From Saprospiraceae bacterium (GTDB lineage Bacteria > Bacteroidota > Bacteroidia > Chitinophagales > Saprospiraceae), in assembly GCA_020629315.1 (NCBI GenBank), contig JAHDDO010000012.1:5952-69951 (forward strand): a DNA stretch of 64,000 nucleotides, given 5' to 3'. The notes under the pieces were generated by a model. It saw only the letters and a program-made list of their open reading frames with translations, ran no database searches and was not told the DNA's origin. This document shows, in pieces, positions 9,254-19,230 of the stretch. Each line of letters opens with the position of its first letter. The first letter of the stretch is position 1. Both the position numbers and the translations under genes were made by a program.

Positions 9254-12142
9254 CTATTTGGACTTAGATATTGGAAATTGAATGGCTAACTCCAAACCTT
9301 TAGGGAATACTGGGTTAAATGATAGCTTACCACCCAAATGAGAGACTCTATTTTTAATGGATAACACTCCTTGTCCCGAACCTAATTCTATATCTTCTGC
9401 ACTGATTCCTTTACCATTATCCATGATGAAGAAGAACATTTCATTGTTGTGAGTCCTTGCTGAGACCTTAGCACCAGTGGCTCCAGAGTGCTTAATAATA
9501 TTATTGAAAGCCTCTTGGACTATTCTGTATAAATGATGCTTCTGGGTATTTGTTAGGTAATCATCTATATCGTTAATGTCATGGGAGAAGAAGATTGAAG
9601 AGTTTTTATCCAATCTGTCCACCATTTCCTCCAGCGCTTTTTTCAAACCAATTTTATCAATCTCTGCAGGTCTTATATTGGTCAATAAGCCTCTCATATC
9701 CAAAATGGTATTATCCACCATTTGTGCATATTCTCGATCCCCTCTCAACAATGCTTTATTCTTCAAAAGAATGAGACTTTGTCCTAGACCATCATGTATC
9801 TCACTGGTTATTCTACGCTTTTCTTCTTCTTCCGCTTGCATAGCGGTGGCAATAAGTTGAGCTTCCAATTTTTGTTTGGTGCGTACCCTATTTTGATAGT
9901 TCTTAAAAAACAAATAAGCAATCAATGGGAGGATAAATAAAAGGCCTAGGTAGAATAATGGGTTACTTAATAAAGGTCTACTTACATCAATTTTACCTGC
10001 ATCCATTATGGTACAATTATTATCAATATCGCAAGCTCTAATTTCTAATTCAGTAGATCCATATGGTATACGTTCAATAATAATATTCCCGTCATTTGGA
10101 ATATCCTGCCAATTATCTGAAATGGACTTGATTCGGTATTGATAAACGACACCTTCAAGCTGTTGAAACTTATTCACATCAACTTGAACCGTAACATCTT
10201 TTCCTTGACTGGATAGATTTCTTGCAAAAAGATTTTTTTCATTATCAGACTGTGTAATATCAATAGTCGATAATAACTTTTGCTTTTTCACCTGCTCTCT
10301 AACAGCTAAAAGACTATTATCAAATTTGATGAGCTTCTTACTATTAAATATCCATAGAATACTGTCTTTGTCATAATCCAAAGAAATCTCTTGTTGGTAT
10401 TCTGGAAAAGGTATTATATAATTACTTTGGTACTTATTAAGAAAGCAAAGAGTATCAAGATTATATCCAATTATGTGATTATTCGTAGCAATCCAAAGTT
10501 GATCGTTGACATTTTTTAGATCAAGTATTTTATCCTTACCACCAATCACTTTAAAAGCATCAACTGCTAAATCACCTGATTCATCCTTTTTTACAATGTT
10601 AATTAAACTGTCATTCGGCACTAAAACGCAATCATAATAATTAATGGGTTGAACAGGTGTGGATGCCACATAATCTTGGCCAGACACTACTTTCGAAACA
10701 TTTACTTTATTATTCGTATTAACTTGAATTTCAAAAATCCCAACATTGCTCGTTAGTAATTTCTTATCTGCTAGTACAGATAAGTTATACGGTATGAGTT
10801 TGCTGGCCTTATTGTCATATTTAATATCTGAAAGTACTACGCCACCATCAGGATTTTCAGATGCAAATAATAACTCGCTTTGTAATATTAAATTGGCATT
10901 GGCTTCCTCCAGTTTAATTTTATCGATGATATAATCTGAACCTATATTTTGAGTCTCTAAAATAGTATGAGAAGAAATGTCATAATCTTTAACAGCATCC
11001 TGATAAAATAATGAGAATCGATTAGCTCCAAAGTCATACTTTTTATAATATGGGACATCAGACAAAGATTGATCCTGTAGCTTTTCTGAAGACTCTAAAT
11101 CAAACTTAAATACTTGTTTACCCTTGGACAAAAACTTATCTTTTCCAAAAACGAAAAACTGTTTCCTAAAGTTCTGATCCGGCTTTTTAGCTAAATTATA
11201 AAACGATAATTGGGGCCCAGGGTGATAGTATAATCCTTGATTTGTAGCTATCCAAATGGACTGATCTTCTGAAATTTCAAAATCATTTACCACTATACCA
11301 GGAAATTCCTCTTGATTGAATATTTGTTTTAATTCTAAGGTCTTGGGATGAACAAAACTTAGTGTATTGTTCAATACCCACAATACATTGTTTTTGTCTT
11401 TTTTAATTTTTTGGATTTTTTTAATGCCTCTAACCGAAATATCCTGCAAAATCGAATCATTACGGACACCAATAAGTTTCTGGTCCAAGGCTAACCACAC
11501 AATATCACTATCATCAATATACAATGCATTGGATTTTGTAGAGTTATATATTGTTCTGTACGCAACCGAAGAGTAATCCTTCTCAAATAAGTAGATGCCA
11601 CCTGCTGTGTTAATAAGCCAGGTTCTACCATTGGATTCTACGTCATACTGCCAAGTATGATCTAAACCAAATGTTTTCCATTTTACAGACAAACGCTCAT
11701 CCCCTTTTACTGATTTCAAGCCAGAAGGAGTTACGAGCATTTTAGCTCCTTCCAAATTATCAATTATATAAGAGTATTCATTTTGAGAAGGAAGGTTTAT
11801 CTGCCGGCCTTCCGAAAGCTCGTTGTTTGAAAGAAATAATTTTACATTATTCGGTGAGATGTACCAATGTAATCCATTTACAGAATTTACTTTCCCCCTA
11901 TTCGGCAATTGCTTGTTCACATTCAAACCATAGGGCTCGACTTGTTTGCCATCCAGAGAATACAATTCACCTTCTGCAAAAAACTTAAGGCTCCCTTTAT
12001 GCTCAAAAACCTGATCAATAGATAGAGAATTAACGCATTGATTAGGATAAATAAGATCCAAATAATAGGATTGTGCTCCAACGAATGTCGCATTGGAAAG
12101 CATCAATGTTACTGCGAAGAATAACAATATCCTATTATTCAC
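9254..12142 (-). CDS. Sensor histidine kinase with a periplasmic beta-propeller/Y_Y_Y-type sensor region, one TM helix, and HisKA_3 plus HATPase_c domains
   Basis: Signal peptide and a long extracytoplasmic region with repeated W(I/L)AT/W(V/L).. propeller-like motifs. TM helix LFYLGLLFILPLIAYLFF. H-box ITSEIHDGLGQSL. ATPase motifs IVQEAFNNIIKHS and DNGKGIS...GQGVLSIKNRV. Confidence 0.85.
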   Translation of the reverse strand: MNNRILLFFAVTLMLSNATFVGAQSYYLDLIYPNQCVNSLSIDQVFEHKGSLKFFAEGELYSLDGKQVEPYGLNVNKQLPNRGKVNSVNGLHWYISPNNVKLFLSNNELSEGRQINLPSQNEYSYIIDNLEGAKMLVTPSGLKSVKGDERLSVKWKTFGLDHTWQYDVESNGRTWLINTAGGIYLFEKDYSSVAYRTIYNSTKSNALYIDDSDIVWLALDQKLIGVRNDSILQDISVRGIKKIQKIKKDKNNVLWVLNNTLSFVHPKTLELKQIFNQEEFPGIVVNDFEISEDQSIWIATNQGLYYHPGPQLSFYNLAKKPDQNFRKQFFVFGKDKFLSKGKQVFKFDLESSEKLQDQSLSDVPYYKKYDFGANRFSLFYQDAVKDYDISSHTILETQNIGSDYIIDKIKLEEANANLILQSELLFASENPDGGVVLSDIKYDNKASKLIPYNLSVLADKKLLTSNVGIFEIQVNTNNKVNVSKVVSGQDYVASTPVQPINYYDCVLVPNDSLINIVKKDESGDLAVDAFKVIGGKDKILDLKNVNDQLWIATNNHIIGYNLDTLCFLNKYQSNYIIPFPEYQQEISLDYDKDSILWIFNSKKLIKFDNSLLAVREQVKKQKLLSTIDITQSDNEKNLFARNLSSQGKDVTVQVDVNKFQQLEGVVYQYRIKSISDNWQDIPNDGNIIIERIPYGSTELEIRACDIDNNCTIMDAGKIDVSRPLLSNPLFYLGLLFILPLIAYLFFKNYQNRVRTKQKLEAQLIATAMQAEEEEKRRITSEIHDGLGQSLILLKNKALLRGDREYAQMVDNTILDMRGLLTNIRPAEIDKIGLKKALEEMVDRLDKNSSIFFSHDINDIDDYLTNTQKHHLYRIVQEAFNNIIKHSGATGAKVSARTHNNEMFFFIMDNGKGISAEDIELGSGQGVLSIKNRVSHLGGKLSFNPVFPKGLELAIQFPISKSK

Positions 12143-12235
12143 AATTAGTCTAATTTTAAGGTTTTGTGTCTTTACTTATTATAAAGACAAATAATGTGTT
12201 CCTTCCCACTAATATATAATGAAAAGATCCGCTAG

Positions 12236-14935
12236 TTAATTTAGACCTTGAATGGCTAAAACTAAAGTTATGATAGTAACTGCTTGTGCGACTGTGTCTT
12301 GTAAAACTTTACTCCAGTCAGTCGTTTCTTCGTTTTCTTTTTCTTCTTCTTCTACTTTTTTCCGAACCTTTATAATGGATCCCTTGCGAATCTTTGGGGT
12401 TTGTGTGAAAAACAAAAATGCTTGTGATTTCTTTATTTCACCGTTTGGATACTCAACAAAAATACTCCTCCGATCAGCATTGACACCAAGTCCTCCTGCA
12501 TATTCATTGATATAAAACATAGCTCGTTTCCCTGATTCGAATGGTACATGAATTCTATTATTTAGATTTATTGCATCATCAGAAAGCATGGTTTTTGCAC
12601 GAGTTGCCCCTTCAATCGTTACAAATTCCTTCAATTTTGGAATCTCGATCCTGTCACCATCTTTAACCACAAAGTTGAATTCAGAAGCCGTGTTGTTTAA
12701 AATATCATCCAGTTTAATCACAACAGCGCCTAGGTTTTCATCCTTTCGGTTCAATGTTGCTCCTGCGGGAAAGGCCTCCTCTGTGAGTCCACCAGCTCTC
12801 TTGATAATATTCGAAATCTTTTCAGTATCATTCAATATGGTATAAGGCCCTGGATATTTTACTTCACCGAAAATCTCAATAGTCTTTTGCTGCTCAAATT
12901 CTGGAACGTATCGCACAGTTATGACATCATTAGGTTCAAGTTTAAAGTCATCTGCACTACTCAATACATTAAACGCTCTATCCATCTCGATATTAGCCAC
13001 AACAACTCTGGTGGGTTGATTATTGGTTATTTCAACTCTTGATATTTCAATTTGGTCGGTTGCTGCACTAAGCTTAAAACCACCAGCCAAGGTGAAAATA
13101 TCTTTTATAGTCATTTCTAATCCATATTGAAATTTCCCAGGTTTATTTACTGCGCCTCGTATAGTAACCGTTGCATCTTCTAGAAATTCGTTCTGAGAAT
13201 AAACAAATATGGAGTCAAATGGCTCGACATAAATATTTTCTAGGTTATTTGGATTATCTATGATTTGGTTAATATCTGTTACTGTAAAATATCTTTTTAC
13301 TTTTTCGTTTAGAGGATCCTGCTTATGAATCATCAAAACTGAAGAAGCATCTCTACGTAGACCTCCACCCAATAAAATGGCATCCGTTAATCTAATGTTA
13401 TCATTCGTTCCAAATTCAAAACTTCCTGGTTCTCTGATGGCACCATCAATCTTAAAGCTGGCTTTATCAGAAAATCTATTTTGAAACCAAATCGTCAACT
13501 CATCCTTATTCGAAAGAAAAATATTTGCCTCGCTACCTGTATTCTCCAAAGCTGCCTTTAAGTCAACAGGAAGGTATGAAATGGTACTATCTAGGGCTAC
13601 CCTTTTTATAAATGCAATATCTGTTCTTGCCTCGTTTTTAACGCCAGCTTTATTTAATAAATCAGATAAGCGCATACGGTTCTCTAACTCATAGTATCCT
13701 TCTTGCAAAACGGCTCCTTCAACACGTACAAATGATTCGAGTATTCGTTCAATGCTGTTTACTTCTACAAGATCTCCATTTTCCAATTTGACATTTTTAT
13801 CCTTTGGCCATTCAACGTCAATTACTTTTTTAGCATCCAATTCATTGCGGACAATTCGTATGTTTCTAACTTGTGCATTTATATCAAATCCTCCAGCATA
13901 GCCAATTAAATCGCCTAAGCTTTCGCCCGATTTTAATTCATATTTGTAAGGGCGATTAATACCACCCGTTATTTCTACTAAATGTTGAAAGGGTCCAACG
14001 AAGACAACATCATTATCCTGGAGATATATATTATTTCCTTGCTGCACATCCTCCATATACTTAAATAAATCAACCTCACTCCTTGAGCCATCAGCTCTAA
14101 TAATATTTATATATCTAACAGTACCAATTTTAGAGGGTCCCCCAGCAGCGCTTATGACAGAGAAGACATTATTGATAGCTGGTAAACTTTGAGGGCCAGG
14201 ATTTTGAACTTCACCGTACACATTAACTTGTACTGTTCTTGCATAGCTTACATTAACATCAAACTGGCCATTTCCAAATCGATAATATTGTCGATATGCA
14301 TCTCGAAGTTTACTTTTAGCTTCTTGTAGACGTAAGCCCTTTAGATACACCCGTACTGCACCATTCACAATTTCTATAAATCCACTTTCTGAAATTTCAT
14401 GCAAATCATCCACTTTTGACGATCCCCATACGGAAATAGCTAACTCATCGCCTACCCCAAGTATGTAACTTGGAGGTGCTTTTGATTTGAAAGGTTCAGT
14501 ACTTACCCCAAAGTTTCCATTTACAAACAAAGAACGACCATACCGCTCAATGACTTCATCTTCGATAGGCAGTGTATCTATTAGTGTAGAGTCCAACGTC
14601 ATTTCATCATCTAACTCTATTCCTGTGTCAAAGTCTGATTCTTTGGGTATAGTATCGAGGGCTCCTAAATCGGCATTTCGCTCCAATTGCAAAATAACGG
14701 ATTGCAATTCGGTGATTTTTTGAGCAGAATAATACTCAATGGAATCTAAAGTCATTCCATTCTCATTCAACACTTTTTCAAATTCAATTTCTGAAATTCC
14801 TCTACTTTGTAATTCTCTACTAACATCAGATCTTGAAATTCCCGAAATCACTTGCGAATTAAGCTGAAATGTCAGCGCAACTAGCATTGCTGCTGCAAAA
14901 AAGAAACGCGTAAATATTTTAGATGACACCTTCAA
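12236..14935 (-). CDS. Polysaccharide export protein (Wza/Poly_export-like N-terminus followed by multiple SLBB domains, C-terminal TM helix)
   Basis: Poly_export-like YILGVGDELAISVWGS. Repeated SLBB-type segments (V.V.G.V..PG.Y........L.D.I..AGG). Terminal hydrophobic helix VAQAVTIITLVLAIQGL. Confidence 0.8.
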   Translation of the reverse strand: MKVSSKIFTRFFFAAAMLVALTFQLNSQVISGISRSDVSRELQSRGISEIEFEKVLNENGMTLDSIEYYSAQKITELQSVILQLERNADLGALDTIPKESDFDTGIELDDEMTLDSTLIDTLPIEDEVIERYGRSLFVNGNFGVSTEPFKSKAPPSYILGVGDELAISVWGSSKVDDLHEISESGFIEIVNGAVRVYLKGLRLQEAKSKLRDAYRQYYRFGNGQFDVNVSYARTVQVNVYGEVQNPGPQSLPAINNVFSVISAAGGPSKIGTVRYINIIRADGSRSEVDLFKYMEDVQQGNNIYLQDNDVVFVGPFQHLVEITGGINRPYKYELKSGESLGDLIGYAGGFDINAQVRNIRIVRNELDAKKVIDVEWPKDKNVKLENGDLVEVNSIERILESFVRVEGAVLQEGYYELENRMRLSDLLNKAGVKNEARTDIAFIKRVALDSTISYLPVDLKAALENTGSEANIFLSNKDELTIWFQNRFSDKASFKIDGAIREPGSFEFGTNDNIRLTDAILLGGGLRRDASSVLMIHKQDPLNEKVKRYFTVTDINQIIDNPNNLENIYVEPFDSIFVYSQNEFLEDATVTIRGAVNKPGKFQYGLEMTIKDIFTLAGGFKLSAATDQIEISRVEITNNQPTRVVVANIEMDRAFNVLSSADDFKLEPNDVITVRYVPEFEQQKTIEIFGEVKYPGPYTILNDTEKISNIIKRAGGLTEEAFPAGATLNRKDENLGAVVIKLDDILNNTASEFNFVVKDGDRIEIPKLKEFVTIEGATRAKTMLSDDAINLNNRIHVPFESGKRAMFYINEYAGGLGVNADRRSIFVEYPNGEIKKSQAFLFFTQTPKIRKGSIIKVRKKVEEEEKENEETTDWSKVLQDTVAQAVTIITLVLAIQGLN

Positions 14936-15030
14936 TTATCTTGGTATGACATATAGCTAATACTAGTGTATATCAAATTTAAAACCATATTTTCGAATGA
15001 CACCAATTCAAATACATATATTAATGTTAA

Positions 15031-16158
15031 TCAGCTATTTAGATAGAATTTTTTAACTGTATTTGAAATAAACTCAAGTTGTTCGGTATCTAATTCCGTA
15101 TGCATAGGCAAGGATAGCACTTGATTAGCTGCACTCTCTGATTCTGGCAAGTCACCTATTCTATATCCTAGATGAGCAAATGCTTTTTGAAGATGCAGTG
15201 GTACGGGATAATAAATCATAGATGGGATATTATGTTCCTTCAAGTATGCTTTTAACTCATCACGCCTGGAAACTCGTAAGGTAAATTGATGATACACGTG
15301 GTCCTGATTATGAAGAGCGCTTGGCAAAGTGATTTCTTCAACCTCATCCAAAGCATGCTTATAAAAAGAGGCCGCGTTTCTTCTTGCTGTAATATAGCTA
15401 TCAAGGTGAGTAAGTTTAACATTCAAAACGGCTGCCTGAATAGCATCTAATCGGCTATTTACGCCTACAATTTCATGATAGTATTTCTTTTTCGAGCCAT
15501 GTTTACATATCATACTTATTTGTTCGGCCAAATCCGAATTTTGCGTAACTATAGCTCCAGCATCCCCAAAAGCACCTAGGTTTTTTGAAGGGAAAAATGA
15601 AATAGTGCCTATTTCTCCAATGGCACCCAAGCTTGTGGAGGTTCCATCAGTAAAATTGAAGCTAGCTCCTATTGATTGGGCATTGTCTTCAACGATTTTT
15701 AAAGTATGTTTCTTAGCTATTTCCTGTAATGCCCCCATATCCGTGGCTGTACCAAATAGATGCACGGGTAAAATGGCTTTAGTTTTCGATGTAATTGCTT
15801 TCTCAATTTTTGTTACATCAATATTGAAAGTAATTGGATCAATATCTACAAAAACAGGCACCAAACCTAAAAGCTGCATCGTTTCAGCAGTACTCACAAA
15901 AGTAAAAGGAGTGGTAATAATTTCATCACCCGGCTTTAATTCCAATGCCATGAGTGCAATTTGGAGGGCATCTGTTCCATTAGCACAAGGAATACAATGC
16001 GCAACGTTTAAATAGTCTGCCAGGTTTTCAGAAAATTGGGATACTTGTGGTCCGTGAATAAACCAACAACTGTCAAGAACTTTGTTTATCTCTGAGACAA
16101 TATCTTCCCTTATATGTGCTAATTGGCCTATCAAATCGACCATTCTTATCTCCTTCAC
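15031..16158 (-). CDS. DegT/DnrJ/EryC1/StrS-family PLP-dependent sugar aminotransferase
   Basis: NGTDALQIALMALELKPGDEIITTPFTFVSTAE. PLP-lysine context SFFPSKNLGAFGDAGAI. The real start may be the internal MVDLIGQ at 16143. Confidence 0.9.
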   Translation of the reverse strand: MKEIRMVDLIGQLAHIREDIVSEINKVLDSCWFIHGPQVSQFSENLADYLNVAHCIPCANGTDALQIALMALELKPGDEIITTPFTFVSTAETMQLLGLVPVFVDIDPITFNIDVTKIEKAITSKTKAILPVHLFGTATDMGALQEIAKKHTLKIVEDNAQSIGASFNFTDGTSTSLGAIGEIGTISFFPSKNLGAFGDAGAIVTQNSDLAEQISMICKHGSKKKYYHEIVGVNSRLDAIQAAVLNVKLTHLDSYITARRNAASFYKHALDEVEEITLPSALHNQDHVYHQFTLRVSRRDELKAYLKEHNIPSMIYYPVPLHLQKAFAHLGYRIGDLPESESAANQVLSLPMHTELDTEQLEFISNTVKKFYLNS

Positions 16159-16223
16159 GATATTATAGCTTTAATGTTTCGATATGCAAAGAACTGATTT
16201 TTAATTATCATTATTTTAGTCCC

Positions 16224-16982
16224 ATGAAATTTTGTTTTAGCACGCTTATTCTATGTTTGTTCATCAGTATTCATAGTACATTGGATGCACAGGAAAATAG
16301 TAATAAGATTCCGTCAAATATTGGGATAAGTTTAGAATTTGGTTTTGCGTCACCATCGGCAGATTTGGCTACTCGTTTTGGTAATCATACTATAGCCGGA
16401 ACTGGGCTCTATTGGTACAATGCGCCTCTAAATTTACGATATGGTGTTTCTTTTGATTATCTCTTTGGGATTAAGGTTAATGAAGATCCTATTTCTAACT
16501 TACGTAATGAAAATGGTGTTTTTCTGGGATTGGATAATAACTATGCAACAGTTTTACTGCGAATGAGAGGAATCTTATTGGATGCAGTGGTGACTAAAAC
16601 TTTTCCTATATTAAAAAATAATAGGTCTACCGGCATAGAAATAGGTATCGGTGCGGGTATAATGCAACATAAAATAAGAATTCAACCAGAGAGCAATAAT
16701 ATCCCATTGTTCACAAATGAAACAGTTAGGGGATATGATAGAAACACTATTGGACCTAGTATAAAACAAATAGTCGGTTTTCACTGGCGCGCTATTAAAT
16801 CAAATGCAAACATGTCTTTGCTTCTAGAAGTTACGGAAGGTTTTACTAGCCCTACGAACCCTGTTGATTTCAATACAGGGAACATTAATAATGATTCACG
16901 ACTAGATATTGACATGGCTGTAAAATTAGCGTACTATTTACCGTTAAAGAGGAAAGTACCTGTTGAAGAAATTTACTATTGA
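16224..16982 (+). CDS. Hypothetical outer-membrane beta-barrel-like protein, translationally coupled to waaA
   Basis: The track ORF starts at 16116 and overlaps the DegT 5' end on the other strand. The internal ATG at 16224 gives a clean signal peptide MKFCFSTLILCLFISIHSTLDAQ. The sequence has alternating hydrophobic beta-strand-like patterning and an aromatic C-terminus (..EEIYY). Confidence 0.55.
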   Translation: MKFCFSTLILCLFISIHSTLDAQENSNKIPSNIGISLEFGFASPSADLATRFGNHTIAGTGLYWYNAPLNLRYGVSFDYLFGIKVNEDPISNLRNENGVFLGLDNNYATVLLRMRGILLDAVVTKTFPILKNNRSTGIEIGIGAGIMQHKIRIQPESNNIPLFTNETVRGYDRNTIGPSIKQIVGFHWRAIKSNANMSLLLEVTEGFTSPTNPVDFNTGNINNDSRLDIDMAVKLAYYLPLKRKVPVEEIYY

Positions 16983-18169
16983 GTTTGCTTCATAAAATAC
17001 AGTTCTTTCTTTATTCTTCTGTCATCCGATTGATTCCAGTCTTTGTTTTTTTGGGGTCTTTCGTTACTCCTACTTTAAAGGTGTTTAGAAAGACAAGAAA
17101 AAACTGGAAGCCAATTGCGCCACAGTCAAAAACGAACCGACGTGTATTGGTTCATGCAGCTTCATTAGGTGAGTATGAAATAGCCATTGATCTTATTACA
17201 AAGCTTGAACACTGTGGCTTTGAAGTTTTTGTGAGCTTTTTTTCACACTCAGGATTTTTGAATGCACCCTGTAAAAACAAATTGTTTTTGCCATATGATA
17301 CTCCAACAAATGTTCATGCATTTTTGGATACATACAAACCCGATCATGTTGTTTTTGTAGCTTATGAGTATTGGTTTAATATGATGCGACTCCTTCATAA
17401 AAGGCGTATTCCTTACAGCTATTTTGCCATGAGGAATGACCATATTCCTTGGTTCTATAAAATGAAACTAGGAGCCTTCATTCATCTATTTGAGATTGCA
17501 GACCAAGTAGCACATGTAGGCAAATTGCCTTTCCAAGTACAGAATCATAATCGCAAAACATCGTTCTACCCTATTCAAGATCCAAGGATAAATAGATCTT
17601 TGGCAAACAGAGCACAAAACATCAACATAGACTACATGGATGGGGAGTTACAAACCTTTATATATGGGAGTGTTTATGTTAAGGATTTGCCTTTAATTAA
17701 ATCATTGGTGACAAAGTACGGAATGACAAAGCATGTTGTTGTTCCACATGAAGTCAATGAATCAAATATTTTGAGATTTAAAGATCAATTAGGAAGTGCA
17801 TTTAAGATCCTTTCTAACTATGAGCCCATAGAAGTAAAGCATCATAATATAATCGTAGACTCTATTGGACAGCTTAAGTATTTATATAAATATGCCTCAC
17901 TAATTTATGTAGGTGGTGGTCTTAATAAGGGTGTACATAATGTGTATGAACCTTTGGTATACAAAAAGCCGATTCTAATCAGTGGGAACATTGGACCATA
18001 CCAAAAGCTAGTAAATGAGTATCCCCATATTTTCCATGTAGATCCACCCAAATCGATAACTGACATAAGTACCCAAGCCCTTGCAATAGAAAAAATTGAC
18101 TTGAATATTGCGAATGCTGAGAAAGATATTGGCATTTTTGTCAATAAAATAATTAGTAGTCTGGTTTAA
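16979..18169 (+). CDS. waaA: 3-deoxy-D-manno-octulosonic acid (Kdo) transferase
   Basis: N-terminal glycosyltransferase motif VLVHAASLGEYEIAIDLI (HxxSxGE) and C-terminal GGGLNKGVHNVYEP. The TTG start overlaps the upstream stop (TTGA at 16979-16982). Confidence 0.8.
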   Translation: MSLLHKIQFFLYSSVIRLIPVFVFLGSFVTPTLKVFRKTRKNWKPIAPQSKTNRRVLVHAASLGEYEIAIDLITKLEHCGFEVFVSFFSHSGFLNAPCKNKLFLPYDTPTNVHAFLDTYKPDHVVFVAYEYWFNMMRLLHKRRIPYSYFAMRNDHIPWFYKMKLGAFIHLFEIADQVAHVGKLPFQVQNHNRKTSFYPIQDPRINRSLANRAQNINIDYMDGELQTFIYGSVYVKDLPLIKSLVTKYGMTKHVVVPHEVNESNILRFKDQLGSAFKILSNYEPIEVKHHNIIVDSIGQLKYLYKYASLIYVGGGLNKGVHNVYEPLVYKKPILISGNIGPYQKLVNEYPHIFHVDPPKSITDISTQALAIEKIDLNIANAEKDIGIFVNKIISSLV

Positions 18170-18170
18170 A

Positions 18171-19124
18171 ATGGATATTAATTTTCAGGGATTGAATATA
18201 CTCGTTATTGGTGATGTCATGCTCGATGTCTACATACAGGGAATTGTGCGAAGGATATCCCCAGAAGCACCCATACCTATTCTAAACCAACAAAGCGTAG
18301 ATTATAAATTAGGCGGTGCCGCCAATGTTGCTAAAAACATCGCTTCACTTGGTGCTTCAGCCTTCTTAATAGGAATAATAGGGAACGATGAAAATGGATT
18401 AGTATTTAAGGAAAAATTAGCTTCACATGCTTCGAATCTCATCCCTTTTCTAATAGAATCAGATACGGCAATAACTACAACGAAACAACGATTTCTTGCA
18501 GAAGATCAACATTTATTGAGAGTAGATATAGAAAGACCCACTCCTCTAAATAATGAGTATGAAGAAAAGGTTTTACGTTCATTTTCAGCCATTATTAAAA
18601 AGTTTAGCATTGATGCTATCATGTTACAGGATTACAATAAAGGCTTCTTAACTCCCTCATTATATGCCGAATTGATTCGAATATCAAACGAAAATGAAAT
18701 TCCAATTGCCATTGATCCAAAGTCGCAACCATTGGAATGTTACAGAAATGCAAGCATTCTAAAACCGAATAAGCTTGAATTCTATTCGATGCTAGAAGGG
18801 CGTAATACTGAAGAAAAACTATCCAGTGTTACGCAACAAGCCAACTTGATTTGCCAAGAATATAATATCAATGAAATGTGGATTACCCTTGGTTCTGAGG
18901 GATTGGCATATGCAAATATAAAAGGAGAGACGCTTACTGAAGCCGCTGAAGATATAGAATTGACGGATGTTTGTGGCGCAGGAGATGCTGTATTTTCAAT
19001 TATAGTATTAGCAAAGAAGCTAGGCTTAGATTATCAATCTATATCAAGATTAGCCATAAGAGCTGGAGCGGCTGCATGTTCAAATTTGGGGGTATATTCA
19101 TTGAAACCCTCAGATCTAAGTTAA
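18171..19124 (+). CDS. D-glycero-beta-D-manno-heptose-7-phosphate kinase (RfaE/HldE domain I type, PfkB family), stand-alone
   Basis: ILVIGDVMLDVYIQGIVRRISPEAPIPIL is characteristic of RfaE domain I. PfkB motif DVCGAGDAVFS. No fused adenylyltransferase domain. Confidence 0.85.
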   Translation: MDINFQGLNILVIGDVMLDVYIQGIVRRISPEAPIPILNQQSVDYKLGGAANVAKNIASLGASAFLIGIIGNDENGLVFKEKLASHASNLIPFLIESDTAITTTKQRFLAEDQHLLRVDIERPTPLNNEYEEKVLRSFSAIIKKFSIDAIMLQDYNKGFLTPSLYAELIRISNENEIPIAIDPKSQPLECYRNASILKPNKLEFYSMLEGRNTEEKLSSVTQQANLICQEYNINEMWITLGSEGLAYANIKGETLTEAAEDIELTDVCGAGDAVFSIIVLAKKLGLDYQSISRLAIRAGAAACSNLGVYSLKPSDLS

Positions 19125-19230
19125 ATCCCAGTAAAATATAATCCTAATATGTCCCGAAGGATCAAAAAATGAATGCAAATCTTTAGTACCTTAATGGTTC
19201 TAATTGAAATTACTTTCTTATTAACTAACA

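Noticed and set aside
12168-12188. Hairpin GTCTTTA-N7-TAAAGAC between the Wza-like gene and the sensor kinase gene, considered as a terminator.
   Set aside because: The stem is only 7 bp and AT-rich, and no U-tract follows on either strand. It is too weak to call.
15605-16015. 136-aa plus-strand ORF inside the DegT aminotransferase gene.
   Set aside because: The opposite strand carries unmistakable DegT motifs over the same span. This frame has no recognisable motif, so I treat it as a shadow ORF.
16116-16223. N-terminal extensions of track ORFs: 16116-16223, 40218-40304, 40880-40897 and 52057-52119.
   Set aside because: In each case an internal ATG is followed directly by a canonical signal peptide. 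The extension overlaps a neighbouring gene or has a non-signal-like composition.
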